The notes: generated from the sequence alone by a model not told the origin. A stretch of DNA of 64,000 nt from an uncultured delta proteobacterium (GCA_963728565.1 CAVSLC010000019.1:1-64000); one strand, 5' to 3'; shown: positions 10,566-21,003, numbered from the stretch's first letter. Numbers and translations: made by a program.

Positions 10566-11867
10566 CTATGAGGCTGTTTCGGCAGCCGAGAGGTTAGCGC
10601 GCTTCGGCGGGGCCATCATTGCATAGAGGCAGCCCGCGATCACCGACAGCGCGATATACGCCGACATCATCGGCGCATAACTTTGATATCGATCGTAGAT
10701 CGCGCCGGTGATGACAGGCCCCAGCGCCGGTCCCCATAAGTAGAAAAAACTCATCGTGCCGCGGATCGTCGCGAAAGATTTCCGGCCAAAAAAATCGCCT
10801 ACGGTTGCCCAGCCGACCGGAAAGATTGCTTCCATGATCGTAAACAGTAGAACGAACATCCAGAGTGACCATTCTCCTTCGCCATAGGCCAAGAAGGCAA
10901 TCGACAGCGCGCCCACGCCCATGCAAGCCGCCATCAGCCGTGGTTTGCTGACATGATCCGCGATCCAGCCGACCAGCAAATGCGATGGTAAACTCATCAG
11001 CGCCATCGTCGCCAGCAGCGCCGCGGCGCGCTGCTCGCTGGCGCCTTTCCAGACCATGATCGGCACGAAGTGAACCGTAATCGCATTGAACACGCCAACT
11101 CGCGTGGTGGTGGCCAGGATCATGATCCAGAAGGCGGCGGTGCGCATCGCTTGCCGAAGAGTGAACTCAATTTCCCCCTCATTAACTTTCCCGTTACTTT
11201 TACGTGTGGTTTTGACCGGCGTCGCGTCTTTCTCTTCCGGCGCGGCACCGTCGGGCGCCAAGCCCATGCTTTCGGGTGAACGTTTGACCAGGAGCGCCAC
11301 AGGCACGCCGATCAGGATCAATCCGAGGCCGGACAAAAAAGCTCCATAACGCCAACCCCACGTCTGGACGCTGAAGGCCAGCAGTGGCGTGATCAGAGTA
11401 CCGCCAATACCGATGGAGCTGCTGATCAAGGTCATCGCCAAGGCCCTGCGCCGAATGAACCAGCTATTGGCGAGGACCATGGGAGAATGCATGAAGCCGG
11501 CCGAGAAGGACAATGAGATCACGCCCAGATAGATCGCGATCAAGCCATAATAGGTTTCGACTCCGGCGAGCAGCATGTAACCCACGCCTGACAAGATCAC
11601 CCCGGCGAGCATCATCGGGCGCGGCCCGAAGCGATCGATTAAGTAACCCGCCAACGGGCCTTCGATGGCGCCTTCAGCCCTGGCTAACGAGAAGACCAGG
11701 GAAGTCGCCGCCCGAGACAATCCCAACTCTTGGGTGATCGGCAAGAAAAAAATCGTAAAGCCGTAGAGATGAAAGCCGCCGCCGAGCATGCGCATGCCGC
11801 AACCCACAGCCACCATCCACCAGCCGTAAAAAAATCCCTTGGATCGAGCCGTGATTTTGTCAAACAT
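10566..11867 (-). CDS. MFS transporter (tandem paralog)
   Basis: GYLIDRFGPR; shares FFLPITQELGLSRAATSLVFSLARA with 9047..10312. Confidence 0.88.
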   Translation of the reverse strand: MFDKITARSKGFFYGWWMVAVGCGMRMLGGGFHLYGFTIFFLPITQELGLSRAATSLVFSLARAEGAIEGPLAGYLIDRFGPRPMMLAGVILSGVGYMLLAGVETYYGLIAIYLGVISLSFSAGFMHSPMVLANSWFIRRRALAMTLISSSIGIGGTLITPLLAFSVQTWGWRYGAFLSGLGLILIGVPVALLVKRSPESMGLAPDGAAPEEKDATPVKTTRKSNGKVNEGEIEFTLRQAMRTAAFWIMILATTTRVGVFNAITVHFVPIMVWKGASEQRAAALLATMALMSLPSHLLVGWIADHVSKPRLMAACMGVGALSIAFLAYGEGEWSLWMFVLLFTIMEAIFPVGWATVGDFFGRKSFATIRGTMSFFYLWGPALGPVITGAIYDRYQSYAPMMSAYIALSVIAGCLYAMMAPPKRANLSAAETAS

Positions 11868-12123
11868 ATTGCGTGATGGTCCGGCCCGACGACAGTTATC
11901 TTCACGACGCGGTTGCTTGGAACTGGCGCGCCCTGGAGCGGTTAACCGCGCAAGGATCGTTTGTTTTTGTGTTCTTTTGGAGCAGCTTCACGCTAGCTGA
12001 CGGTGAACGATAATGTCAACGTCTGCATATATGTGAGAACGATGCGCTGCTATTTGGCGGTGCGGATCGTGTATAAACTAAAGGATTACCGCCTGCAGCA
12101 TTCATGACACGGAAGGACTGCGA

Positions 12124-13131
12124 GTGAAAAGACACAGGATCACTTTGATACCCGGCGACGGAATCGGCCCCGAAGTAATGAAACCCACTTTGAAACTCAT
12201 TGAAGCCGCGGGAGTTGACATCGAATGGGACAGCCACCTGGCCGGCGCCGACGCATTGAAAAAACACCGAACCACGTTGCCGAAGCAGATGATGGACTCG
12301 TTTGCCAAAAACAGAGTCGCTCTAAAGGGACCGGTGACAACACCGGTCGGCGAAGGCTTTGCCAGCGTCAATGTCGAGCTGCGCCAGAGTTTCGATCTCT
12401 ACGCCAATCTCAGGCCGGTCAAAAATCTTCCCGGTGTCAAAGCCCGCTATGAAAATGTCGATTTGATCGTTGTTCGCGAGAATACCGAGGGCCTCTATTC
12501 GGGCATCGAGCATGAAGTGGTGCCCGGGGTGATGGAGAGTCTGAAAATCATCACCGAAAAGGCTTCTACGCGTATCGCCAAGTTTGCTTTCGACTATGCC
12601 GTCGCCAACCGCCGAAAAAAAATTGCCGCGGTGCACAAGGCCAACATCATGAAGCTCACCGACGGCCTATTCTTACAGTGCGCCCGGGATATGTCACAAA
12701 AATACAAAAAAATCGGCTTTAGCGATCTAATCGTCGATAATGCTTGCCTGCAATTGGTTTTGGATCCGACTCGGCTCGATGTTCTATTGCTGGAGAATCT
12801 TTACGGCGACATCGTCTCGGATCTCGCGGCCGGGTTGGTCGGCGGGCTGGGGGTTGTTCCCGGCGCCAATCTCGGCGATACCCACGCGCTCTTTGAAAGT
12901 GTTCATGGCAGCGCGCCGGATATCAAAGGAAAAAACATCGCCAATCCGACGGCCATCGTATTGGCCGCCGCCATGATGCTCGACTACATTTCGGAAGCGA
13001 AGGCGGCCGCCCGCCTGCGAACCGCGCTGCACGCCGTGCTGATCCGAGGCGAGTGTCTGACCCGGGATCTCGGCGGATCCGCCAGCACCCGTCAATTTGC
13101 CGATGCGATTCGCCGCGAAATGGAAAAGTAA
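12124..13131 (+). CDS. Isocitrate/isopropylmalate dehydrogenase family, probably NAD-dependent IDH
   Basis: IPGDGIGPEV, SVNVELR, VRENTEGLY, VHKANIMK, NLYGDIVSD, HGSAPDI. Confidence 0.85.
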   Translation: MKRHRITLIPGDGIGPEVMKPTLKLIEAAGVDIEWDSHLAGADALKKHRTTLPKQMMDSFAKNRVALKGPVTTPVGEGFASVNVELRQSFDLYANLRPVKNLPGVKARYENVDLIVVRENTEGLYSGIEHEVVPGVMESLKIITEKASTRIAKFAFDYAVANRRKKIAAVHKANIMKLTDGLFLQCARDMSQKYKKIGFSDLIVDNACLQLVLDPTRLDVLLLENLYGDIVSDLAAGLVGGLGVVPGANLGDTHALFESVHGSAPDIKGKNIANPTAIVLAAAMMLDYISEAKAAARLRTALHAVLIRGECLTRDLGGSASTRQFADAIRREMEK

Positions 13132-13169
13132 TCTTCGCCCTTGCCGCTCTCACAGCTCCGCGCAGCTCA

Positions 13170-14051
13170 ATGTGGTTCGACATTCCAGCTCAACTTATCG
13201 CCCTGGCGGCGTCCATTTCTTACGCCGCTTCGGGAATCGCCGCCAAACGCGGTTTGCGTTACTCGACGCCGATTACGGTCACCCTGGTCTCGGTCACGAT
13301 TCATGCAGTGACACTATCGGCCGCCGTGTTGCTGACCGGCGGTATCCCCGCGGTATCGTGGTGGGTGTTGTTCCTGTTTGCTCTTACCGGGACGCTTCAG
13401 CCGATCATTCGGCTGTTCACCTACGCCGGTATCCATTACATCGGCGCCTCGCGCGGCACGACTTTGCGCGGCGCGCATCCACTGTTCAGCACATCGTTGG
13501 CGATCATTTTTCTCGGTGAACAGGCGACTGTGCCGGTGATCGCCGGCACGGTCCTGATCGTCGGCGGGATTACATTGATCTCATGGCAAGACAGAAGCGC
13601 AGCGCAGCAACTTTTCGCTGGTGGCATATCGGTTATCCTCTCGGCGCTGCTTTTCTGGCCGGGATCAGCCATCCGCTGCGTCGTTATGCACTTGGGTCTG
13701 GCCAACGAACCACTGTATCTCGCCGCGGTAATCGGTGTCGTCGCGCTCCCCTGGCTCGCTAGCTATGTAGTTTTGCCCAGGCAAGGAGCAGAGCAACCGG
13801 TCTGGAACCGGCAGTCGATGGGTGCGTTTTTGTTCGCCGGTGTGTTTGAAACTTTGGGAATCGTCCTGGTGATTGCCGCTCTGAGCGTCGGCGCGGTGGT
13901 CATCGTCTCGCCGATCGTCGCCACGAGTCCCTTGTGGATTTTATTCGGCACTTGGCTGTTCCTGCGCGGCATCGAAGGCTTAAGCTTGCGCACCATCGCC
14001 GGCGCGTTATCTGTCGTCGCCGGAACGATTGCGATATCGCTGGTGCCGTAA
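13170..14051 (+). CDS. EamA/DMT family transporter (contains an apparent compensating frameshift pair at about 13597-13695)
   Basis: Hydrophobic two-repeat architecture; HPLFSTSLAIIFLGE, VSPIVATSPLW. Confidence 0.8.
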   Translation: MWFDIPAQLIALAASISYAASGIAAKRGLRYSTPITVTLVSVTIHAVTLSAAVLLTGGIPAVSWWVLFLFALTGTLQPIIRLFTYAGIHYIGASRGTTLRGAHPLFSTSLAIIFLGEQATVPVIAGTVLIVGGITLISWQDRSAAQQLFAGGISVILSALLFWPGSAIRCVVMHLGLANEPLYLAAVIGVVALPWLASYVVLPRQGAEQPVWNRQSMGAFLFAGVFETLGIVLVIAALSVGAVVIVSPIVATSPLWILFGTWLFLRGIEGLSLRTIAGALSVVAGTIAISLVP

Positions 14052-14069
14052 CCCCCTCTGTACCGTTCG

Positions 14070-15225
14070 TTACTCCTGACAGGTAACCCATTCTCGCGGA
14101 TAGGCATTCAAAGTCTCGCAGCCTTTTTTCGTGACCACCAAGGTTTCGCCGAATTGCAGTCCCATTTTTTCATCTTCGGTGATCAGGTTGGGTTGGATGA
14201 CGATTACCATATTTTCCCGAAATACCAGCTCCTTGGATTCATGACGCTTCCGGGTCTTGGTTTGAAAGATCGGCGGGTACTGATTGACGCCGTGGACCAG
14301 ATCGTCATAGGTGCTGTAACCGCGCCGATGAATGATCTCGGCGGCTTCTTCGGCTTCGGTGGTGGTGGCGCCGTCCTTGATCACCTCGGCCAGAATCTCG
14401 AAGGATTCGACTGCGGCGGCATGCATCTTTTGCCATTCCGGGGTTGGCCCTTCGCCGAGGGAAAACGTCCGGTGAATCTGCCCGCTATAGCCTGAATAGG
14501 CGCCGCTGATTTCGGTAATCAGGCAATCACCTTTTTGCAGCTTACGACTGGACTGGAACTGCGCCGGTACCGGGAAATCCGGATCGCGCATCGGCATGCT
14601 GCTCATAAAGTGAATGCCGGCGTAACCGCCTCTCTTTAAATAAGCCGGCTCGATCAGCGCGGCAATCTCGTCCTCGCGCATTCCTGCTTTGAGGCCGTTG
14701 GCCAACGCCTCAATCGATTCATCGGTTAGCTTGGAGGCAAAGCGGATACGCTCGATTTCCTCCGGGCTCCTGATGGTCCGCATCATCCGCAATTTGCCGC
14801 TGAGATCGCTCAAGGCGGCTCCGCGAAATTGTTCCGCGATCTTCAGATAGACTTGAAATGGAATCGAGCCGACGAGACCGATCTTCTTGGATTCCAAGCC
14901 GCGCTCGCGGATGAGTTCGAGCGACGCTGGTGGTGGTATTCGCTCCGGCCCAGCGCACGTCTTTAATCCTCGACATTACTTTGGCCATCGGAAAATGATT
15001 GAACAGCTGCATCAGAATGACCGGCTCTTTGCCGGTTTGAAAAAGCACATAGGCTTCGCGGCTGCTCGGCCAATCACTTAACCAATAGACGTCCGAGGCG
15101 TAGCGCCCGCTGCCGTAGACGAGAAGCGCATCGACATTCTCTTGTTCCATGAGCCGGTAAACCGCTTGATGTCTACTGGTGATCTCCTGATCGGAAAATG
15201 TCGGGTAGTCGGATCGTTGCCGCAT
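14070..15225 (-). CDS. M24 (Xaa-Pro peptidase/creatinase-fold) family protein, frameshifted near 14922
   Basis: Creatinase-N-like start (FSDQEITSRH...DALLVYG) in 14719..15225; RTIRSPEEIERIR and pita-bread domain in 14070..14897. Confidence 0.8.
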
Positions 15226-15438
15226 TTGGAAGTCCTCCTGTGTGTGCTCGATGATTTGGATTCGATTAACCGCGGTGCGGTTAGCAGAAATTTTTTATAT
15301 CGAAAGAATCTGGAATCAAATAGGTACAATTGATTACTCGGACGCCGATTACCTTCAAGCCGCGTCAACCTAGACATTTTCTGCTGCCCGTGCGACTCTC
15401 CAGGATCGAAATTTGCTCAAACAAAATAGGAGACTCAC

Positions 15439-16264
15439 ATGAAAGCATTGCGTATTTGTCATCGATTGTTTCTGGTGTTGTTTCTCGCCGCGCTGAGCGC
15501 CGGCGCTGCCGCGCAGGCGCAGCCGGCCAAGCAGGAGTTTAAACCCGAGGTCGGCCAGGAAGGCAAGGATGTGATCTGGGTGCCGACGCCGCAGGAGTTG
15601 GTGGAAAAGATGCTCGATATGGCCAAGGTGACGCCGAAGGATTATGTGATCGATCTTGGCTCGGGCGATGGCCGCACCGTCATCACCGCGGCCAAGCGCG
15701 GCGCCAAGGCGATCGGCATCGAATACAATCCCGATATGGTGGAGCTGTCCAAGCGCAATGCGGCGAAGGAAGGTGTCAGTGAGAAAGCCACCTTCATGAA
15801 AGCGGATTTGTTCGAAGCCGATCTCTCCCAGGCGCAGGTCATCACGATGTTTTTGTTGCCGGACATCAATTTAAAATTGCGTCCCAAGCTGCTCAATCTC
15901 AGACCAGGCACTCGAGTGGTTTCGAATTCGTTTACGATGGGCGAATGGCAGGCGGATGAAACTGCCAATGTCAAAAATGGTTGCGCCTCCTATTGCACGG
16001 CATATCTCTGGATCGTTCCCGCCAAAGTGGACGGCACCTGGCAGCTGTCCGCAGGGAGAGCTCGATTTCAAACAAACGTTCCAGATGATCTCGGGCACCT
16101 TGAAGACCGGCAACAAAGCTGTGCCGCTAAACGGCAAGGTCACCGGCGATCAGATCAGATTCACGGCTGGCGGCGCGGAATATCAGGGCCGGATCAGCGG
16201 TAACACCATCGAGGGAAACTCGAAGTCCGAAGGCAGTTTCAAGGCCAACCGCGCCGGCAAGTAA
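15439..16264 (+). CDS. Signal-peptide-bearing class I SAM methyltransferase with beta-rich C-terminal domain; +1 frameshift near 16048
   Basis: DVIWVPTP, DLGSGDGR, GIEYNP; removing one T restores WQLPQGEL as in the paralog; AQA signal cleavage site. Confidence 0.85.
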
Positions 16265-16307
16265 ACTTACTCTTTTGATTCATCAAAACTGAACACAGGA
16301 GATCATC

Positions 16308-17131
16308 ATGAATATTCGTCACGAAGGTCTCGTCCGTTGCTGTTGGCGCTTTGCGTTTCGGTTTTCGCCGCATGTGCCGGCGCTCAGCCGCAGCCGAAAA
16401 GCCAAAGCTACGAGCCCAGAGTCGGCCAACAGGGTAAAGATGTGGTGTGGGTGCCGACGCCTCAGGAATTAGTCGATAAGATGCTCGACATGGCCAAAGT
16501 GACGCCGAAGGATTATTTGATCGATCTGGGCTCGGGTGACGGGCGCACCGTGATCACCGCGGCCAAGCGCGGCCTGCGCGCGCACGGCATCGAATACAAT
16601 CCGGACATGGTCGAGCTGTCCAAGAGCAACGCCGCCAAAGCGGGCGTGAGCGACAAGGCGACGTTTGCCAAAGCCGACCTGTTCGAAAGCGATTTCTCTG
16701 AAGCCCAGGTGATCACGATGTTTCTTCTGCCGCAGATAAATTTGAAGCTCCGGCCAAAGATTCTCGATCTCAAGCCCGGAACGCGCATCGTCTCGAACTC
16801 GTTCACGATGGGCGAGTGGGAGGCGGACGAAAGTGCCACGGTGGGAGGGGAGTGCGATCACTGGTGCACCGCGCTCCTCTGGATCGTCCCGGCCAAGGTA
16901 GAAGGGACCTGGCAACTACCGCAAGGAGAGCTGAGCTTGAAGCAAACCTTTCAGATGCTTTCCGGCACGATCAAGACCGGCAACAGCGTCGCGCAGATCA
17001 GTAACGGCAAGATGATCGGCGATCAAATCGTTTTCACCGCCGGCGGCAATCAGTACACCGGCCGGGTCAACGGGAATGTCATCGAAGGGAAGAGCGGGTC
17101 GGGAAGTTGGAAGGCGACGCGGACAAAATAA
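16308..17131 (+). CDS. Tandem paralog SAM methyltransferase with signal peptide (ATG 16308 is out of frame, indel near 16320)
   Basis: AGGAG RBS before ATG 16308; DVVWVPTP, DLGSGDGR; highly similar to 15439..16264. Confidence 0.82.
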
Positions 17132-17148
17132 ATAAATCCCCTTTACCG

Positions 17149-17209
17149 GTTCAAACGTTCAACAGTTCAACGCGGGCTAAGGCCATAGGTAAACGGTTCT
17201 ACTGTTCAA
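17149..17209. repeat. GTTCAA 8-bp-period tandem units (half element)
   Basis: GTTCAA at 17149, 17157, 17165; GTTCTA 17196; GTTCAA 17204. Confidence 0.65.
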
Positions 17210-17329
17210 AGTCGGAGTGGAATCAATTCCAACGAGATGGAGGAAGTAAACCGAAGGCGGTTCATCGCCAGCGGCCGTGGAAGAAATCGGCCGCTTGTCC
17301 CACGTTTATTCATCGCGCGGTGAAACGGG

Positions 17330-17359
17330 TTGACATGCCCGCGCAGCATCCCATATGTT
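17330..17359 (+). promoter_or_regulatory. Putative sigma70 promoter
   Basis: TTGACA-N18-TATGTT about 35 bp upstream of ATG 17394. Confidence 0.45.
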
Positions 17360-17393
17360 CGAACGATTGAATATACCTGCGGAGGAAACGAAC

Positions 17394-18494
17394 ATGGCCA
17401 GCACTGCGACTGATCTGATCATCGATGCCGATGCTCACGTCGTCGAGTCGGATCATACCTGGGATTATCTTGATCCATCGGACCGGCAGTATCGACCGCA
17501 ACCTTTGGAGAGCCGCGAGGACGCCGGCGTCAAGCTGCAATTCTGGCTTATCGACGGGAAAGTGAGAGGATTTCGCTTCCCCGCTTTTTCTGCCGAAGAG
17601 CTGGAACGGCGCTCTCATCAGGTCGGTCGCAAATTTGCGGACGTCCAAGAGTCTCGTGAAATGGGCAATGTTGGCTTGCGCATAGAATATATGGACCAGA
17701 GCGGCGTGGACATTCAGGTGCTGCACAACACGATGTTTATTGAGTCCGCGACCGAACGGGCTCCGGTAGAGGTTGCGCTGTGCAAAAGTTGGAACCGCTG
17801 GCTGGCTGATATTTGGCGCCAGGGCAAAGGTCGCCTGCGCTGGTCCTGTATGGCGCCGACCCTGAGCATGACCGACGCGCTGGATCAGATTCGCTTTGCC
17901 AAGGAGAACGGCGCGTGCGCGGTACTGATGCGTCCGGTGGAAGGCACGCGCTTGCTGGCGGATCCCTATTTCTACCCGGTCTATGACGAAGCGCAAAAGC
18001 TCGACATGGCTATCGCCGTTCACATTGCCAATGGCAGCGCCTGGCTCAATGATCTCTATCGCCATCCGGTGCCGATTGCCGCCACCTTGCATCGATTTAG
18101 AATACCGACGGTGGCGGCTTTCAACGATGTACTGCTCAGCGAAATACCACACCAGTTCCCCAAGCTGAGATGGGGCTTTGTCGAAGCCAGTTCCCAGTGG
18201 CTTCCTTGGGTGTTGCACGAAGCTAAGAACCGCTTCAAGACTTTAGGGCGCGAATGGCGGGACAACATCGCGCGCGAGTATCGTATGTTCGTGACCTGCG
18301 AGAACTCCGACGATTTGCCGTATATCGTAAATGAGGCGGGGGAGGACTGCTTGGTGGTTGGTACCGATTACGGCCATACGGATATATCGAGCGACATCGA
18401 TGCGATCAAGCTCTTTAGGCAACGAACCGATTTGCCGGAGCATGTGAAACGTAAAATCCTTAGCGACAATGCCCGCGCGCTCTATGCAATCTAA
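17394..18494 (+). CDS. Amidohydrolase-2 family protein
   Basis: IDADAHVVE, AVHIANG, FVEASSQW, GTDYGHTD; GGAGG RBS. Confidence 0.85.
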   Translation: MASTATDLIIDADAHVVESDHTWDYLDPSDRQYRPQPLESREDAGVKLQFWLIDGKVRGFRFPAFSAEELERRSHQVGRKFADVQESREMGNVGLRIEYMDQSGVDIQVLHNTMFIESATERAPVEVALCKSWNRWLADIWRQGKGRLRWSCMAPTLSMTDALDQIRFAKENGACAVLMRPVEGTRLLADPYFYPVYDEAQKLDMAIAVHIANGSAWLNDLYRHPVPIAATLHRFRIPTVAAFNDVLLSEIPHQFPKLRWGFVEASSQWLPWVLHEAKNRFKTLGREWRDNIAREYRMFVTCENSDDLPYIVNEAGEDCLVVGTDYGHTDISSDIDAIKLFRQRTDLPEHVKRKILSDNARALYAI

Positions 18495-18519
18495 TTCTTC
18501 AAGGAAAGAGATACGTACG

Positions 18520-19086
18520 ATGAAACACTTGGTGAACAGGGTTTTGCTAACTGCTATGGTTCTGGGTTTGTGCATCCCCGCCTGGGCGCAGGATATCCCT
18601 TTTGTTCCGTCGCCGATGATAGTGGTCGACCGGATGCTCGAGCTCGCGGAAGTGAAGAAAGACGACATCATCTATGATTTGGGCAGCGGCGATGGCCGGA
18701 TTTTGATTCAGGCGGCGAAAAAGTATGGCGCTCGAGGAGTCGGGATCGATATGAACCCGAAGCTGGTGGCGGATGCTACCCGCAAAGCCGCCGAAGAAAA
18801 TGTTAGCCACTTGGTGCAGTTCCGCGCGGCGGATGGACTCACCGTCGATATTTCCGACGCGACGGTGGTCACGCTCTATATGTTCAAGTGGTTCAACAAT
18901 CAGATGCGGCCGAAATTGCAGCAGCTACAGCCGGGCTCGCGGGTGGTCGCGCATGATTTCGATATCGATGAATGGATCCCTAACAAGGTTGAAAATGTCG
19001 ATCCTAAGTCGGATCCTTCAGGCGAGTTGACTCACGCCCGCACACTGTACCTATGGAAAGTTGGAACTCCGGCGCAAATTCCCTAG
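18520..19086 (+). CDS. Signal-peptide-bearing class I SAM methyltransferase (third paralog)
   Basis: AWA-QDIPFVPSP, YDLGSGDGR, GIDMNP, RVVAHDF. Confidence 0.85.
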   Translation: MKHLVNRVLLTAMVLGLCIPAWAQDIPFVPSPMIVVDRMLELAEVKKDDIIYDLGSGDGRILIQAAKKYGARGVGIDMNPKLVADATRKAAEENVSHLVQFRAADGLTVDISDATVVTLYMFKWFNNQMRPKLQQLQPGSRVVAHDFDIDEWIPNKVENVDPKSDPSGELTHARTLYLWKVGTPAQIP

Positions 19087-19105
19087 GATCGAATCATTGC
19101 GAGTT

Positions 19106-19144
19106 AACAACCAGGCCCGAGGGATTCCCTCGGGCCTGGTTGTT
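19106..19144. terminator. Bidirectional terminator hairpin
   Basis: Perfect 19-bp inverted repeat AACAACCAGGCCCGAGGGA-T-TCCCTCGGGCCTGGTTGTT between convergent genes. Confidence 0.85.
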
Positions 19145-19158
19145 TGTAAGATCCACCT

Positions 19159-19686
19159 TTAACTTTGTTTAGGAGTTTGGCCCTGTCTTTTTCGCAACCC
19201 ACCATGATTCGAACCGACCAGGTTCTTTAACTGATCTTTCTGCGCTGCCGTTAAGATCGATTTGCCATTTTCCAACGCTTCTTCGCGCAGGTAACGCAGC
19301 TCCGAGCGAAGCTTCTCGGATTGTTCGATCTTTAACTTGATCTGGATCAAGTTAGCCGGGCTTTGCTGGCGCAATTCCGAGATCTCGCCCTCGAAGGCTC
19401 GCAACTGCTGTTGAAGGGGAGCACTCTGGTTTTGGTAGTGAGTTCTGATCTTCTCCAGACCTGCCACTTGCTCGTTCGAGAGATCCAATTCTGTGCGATG
19501 CTTGAGCGCGATGCTGATCAGCGGCGCACCAGCGCCGGACATGCGATGCATCCGCTGACGGTGCGCAAAACCGCCTTTGCCTGCTGATTCATTCTGAGCG
19601 AATGTGGCCCATGGCGATGACATGACTGCGCCGGTGGCCGCGATTAAAATGGCAGTGCCAACGATAAACGAACGAACCTTTTTCAT
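19159..19686 (-). CDS. Spy/CpxP/ZraP-like periplasmic helical protein
   Basis: Signal peptide; LDLSNEQ and ILTAAQ (LTxxQ-type) motifs flanking a coiled coil. Confidence 0.75.
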   Translation of the reverse strand: MKKVRSFIVGTAILIAATGAVMSSPWATFAQNESAGKGGFAHRQRMHRMSGAGAPLISIALKHRTELDLSNEQVAGLEKIRTHYQNQSAPLQQQLRAFEGEISELRQQSPANLIQIKLKIEQSEKLRSELRYLREEALENGKSILTAAQKDQLKNLVGSNHGGLRKRQGQTPKQS

Positions 19687-19720
19687 AGAGACCCCTCCTC
19701 GGGTGAAAGAATTTGAATGG

Positions 19721-19788
19721 TTAGACGCGCTCTGCGCCGGAAGGTTTACATCATCGCTATTAGTGGCGAATTAGCCTCAGATTAGCCT
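19721..19788 (-). promoter_or_regulatory. ECF-sigma-type promoter plus three 11-bp-spaced direct repeats
   Basis: Minus strand TGTAAAC-N16-CGTCTAA (19750-19721); ATTAG at 19759, 19770, 19781. Confidence 0.5.
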
Positions 19789-19887
19789 AAAGGGTAAGCG
19801 AGATCGGAATATCCCTCCGCGAGATCGGAGGAGGAAGCAAAGGGAGCGAGGTTTGATGGTGGCTAGATCGAAACGTCAGCTCCGCGC

Positions 19888-20847
19888 TTATGCGGCTGTT
19901 CGAAGGTGAGCTAGATCAGGTCCGATCGGCACGATACCGGTGGGATTGATGTTTCGCTGGCTGTAGTATCCGGCCTTGATCTTCTGGAGATCGAAGGTCT
20001 CTCTGATCCCCGGCCACTGATAAAGCTCGCGCAAATATTCTACCAGATGACGATAATCCTGAATCCGGCGCAAATTGCATTTGAAGTGACTGTAGTAAAC
20101 CAGATCGAAGCGCAACATGGTGGGAAAGGCACGCCAGTCCGCCTCGGTGATCCGTTCGCCGGCAAGATAACGAGTCCTGCCTAGTCTCTCGTCCAGGGAA
20201 TCGAGTCCGTGAAATACTTTTCGCGCCGCTTCTTCGTAGGCCTGCTGGTTTCGGGCGAAGCCGGCGCGATAAACCCCATTGTTCAAGTGTTCGTAAACAA
20301 AATCGTTGATCGAATCGATTTCGTGACGCAGTCCTTCGGGATAAAAGTCGTACTCCACGTCGGTCCACATGGCGAACGCGGAATTTAGCATGCGAATGAT
20401 TTCCGATGATTCGTTGTTGACGATGGTGCGACGCTCCCGGTCCCACAGGGTTGGCACGGTCACTTTGCCGCTGTAATCGCCATCAGCCGCTTTATAGACT
20501 TGATGCAGGCGAAAAGTACCGTCGGCAGATGGCTGGAGATCGTCTATTCCGCGGGAATAGGACCAGCCTTCGGTCTTGGGTCGGTCGGCGAGAGACATCG
20601 AAACGACATCTTCGAGTTTCTTGAGCTTGCGCATGATGATTGCGCGATGCGCCCAGGGGCAATTGTAAGAAACGAATAGATGATAGCGGCCAGGTTCGGC
20701 TTTAAAACCGCTGTCGCCGGACGGTCCGGCTGCGCCATCGGCCGTGATCCAGTGACGGAACCGAGAAGCGGCCCGGATGAAATTGCCACGCGCGTCGCTC
20801 GGGATCGCATCGTCGTCGTGCCATTCGCCATGCACCATTAAGCCCAT
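19888..20847 (-). CDS. Glutathionyl-hydroquinone reductase (xi/omega GST, YqjG/ECM4-like)
   Basis: YHLFVSYNCPWAHR, TVPTLWD, IVNNESSEI, NNGVYRAGF, HFKCN. Confidence 0.92.
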   Translation of the reverse strand: MGLMVHGEWHDDDAIPSDARGNFIRAASRFRHWITADGAAGPSGDSGFKAEPGRYHLFVSYNCPWAHRAIIMRKLKKLEDVVSMSLADRPKTEGWSYSRGIDDLQPSADGTFRLHQVYKAADGDYSGKVTVPTLWDRERRTIVNNESSEIIRMLNSAFAMWTDVEYDFYPEGLRHEIDSINDFVYEHLNNGVYRAGFARNQQAYEEAARKVFHGLDSLDERLGRTRYLAGERITEADWRAFPTMLRFDLVYYSHFKCNLRRIQDYRHLVEYLRELYQWPGIRETFDLQKIKAGYYSQRNINPTGIVPIGPDLAHLRTAA

Positions 20848-21003
20848 ACGCAGCTACTCCCTGAACGGTTTGATCTAAGTCCGACTAAGCAGAAAGCAGC
20901 GAAACGATCGGCAACTTCATCCCAAAGATCATGCTGGCTTGTTCGCTCGCAGCGCTGGGCTTTGCCCACGGATCTCAGCTCTCATACCGCCCGCGTTGTC
21001 AAT

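Noticed and set aside
17310-18218. 302-aa minus-strand ORF
   Set aside because: Antisense shadow of the amidohydrolase, with no motifs; typical of GC-rich coding DNA
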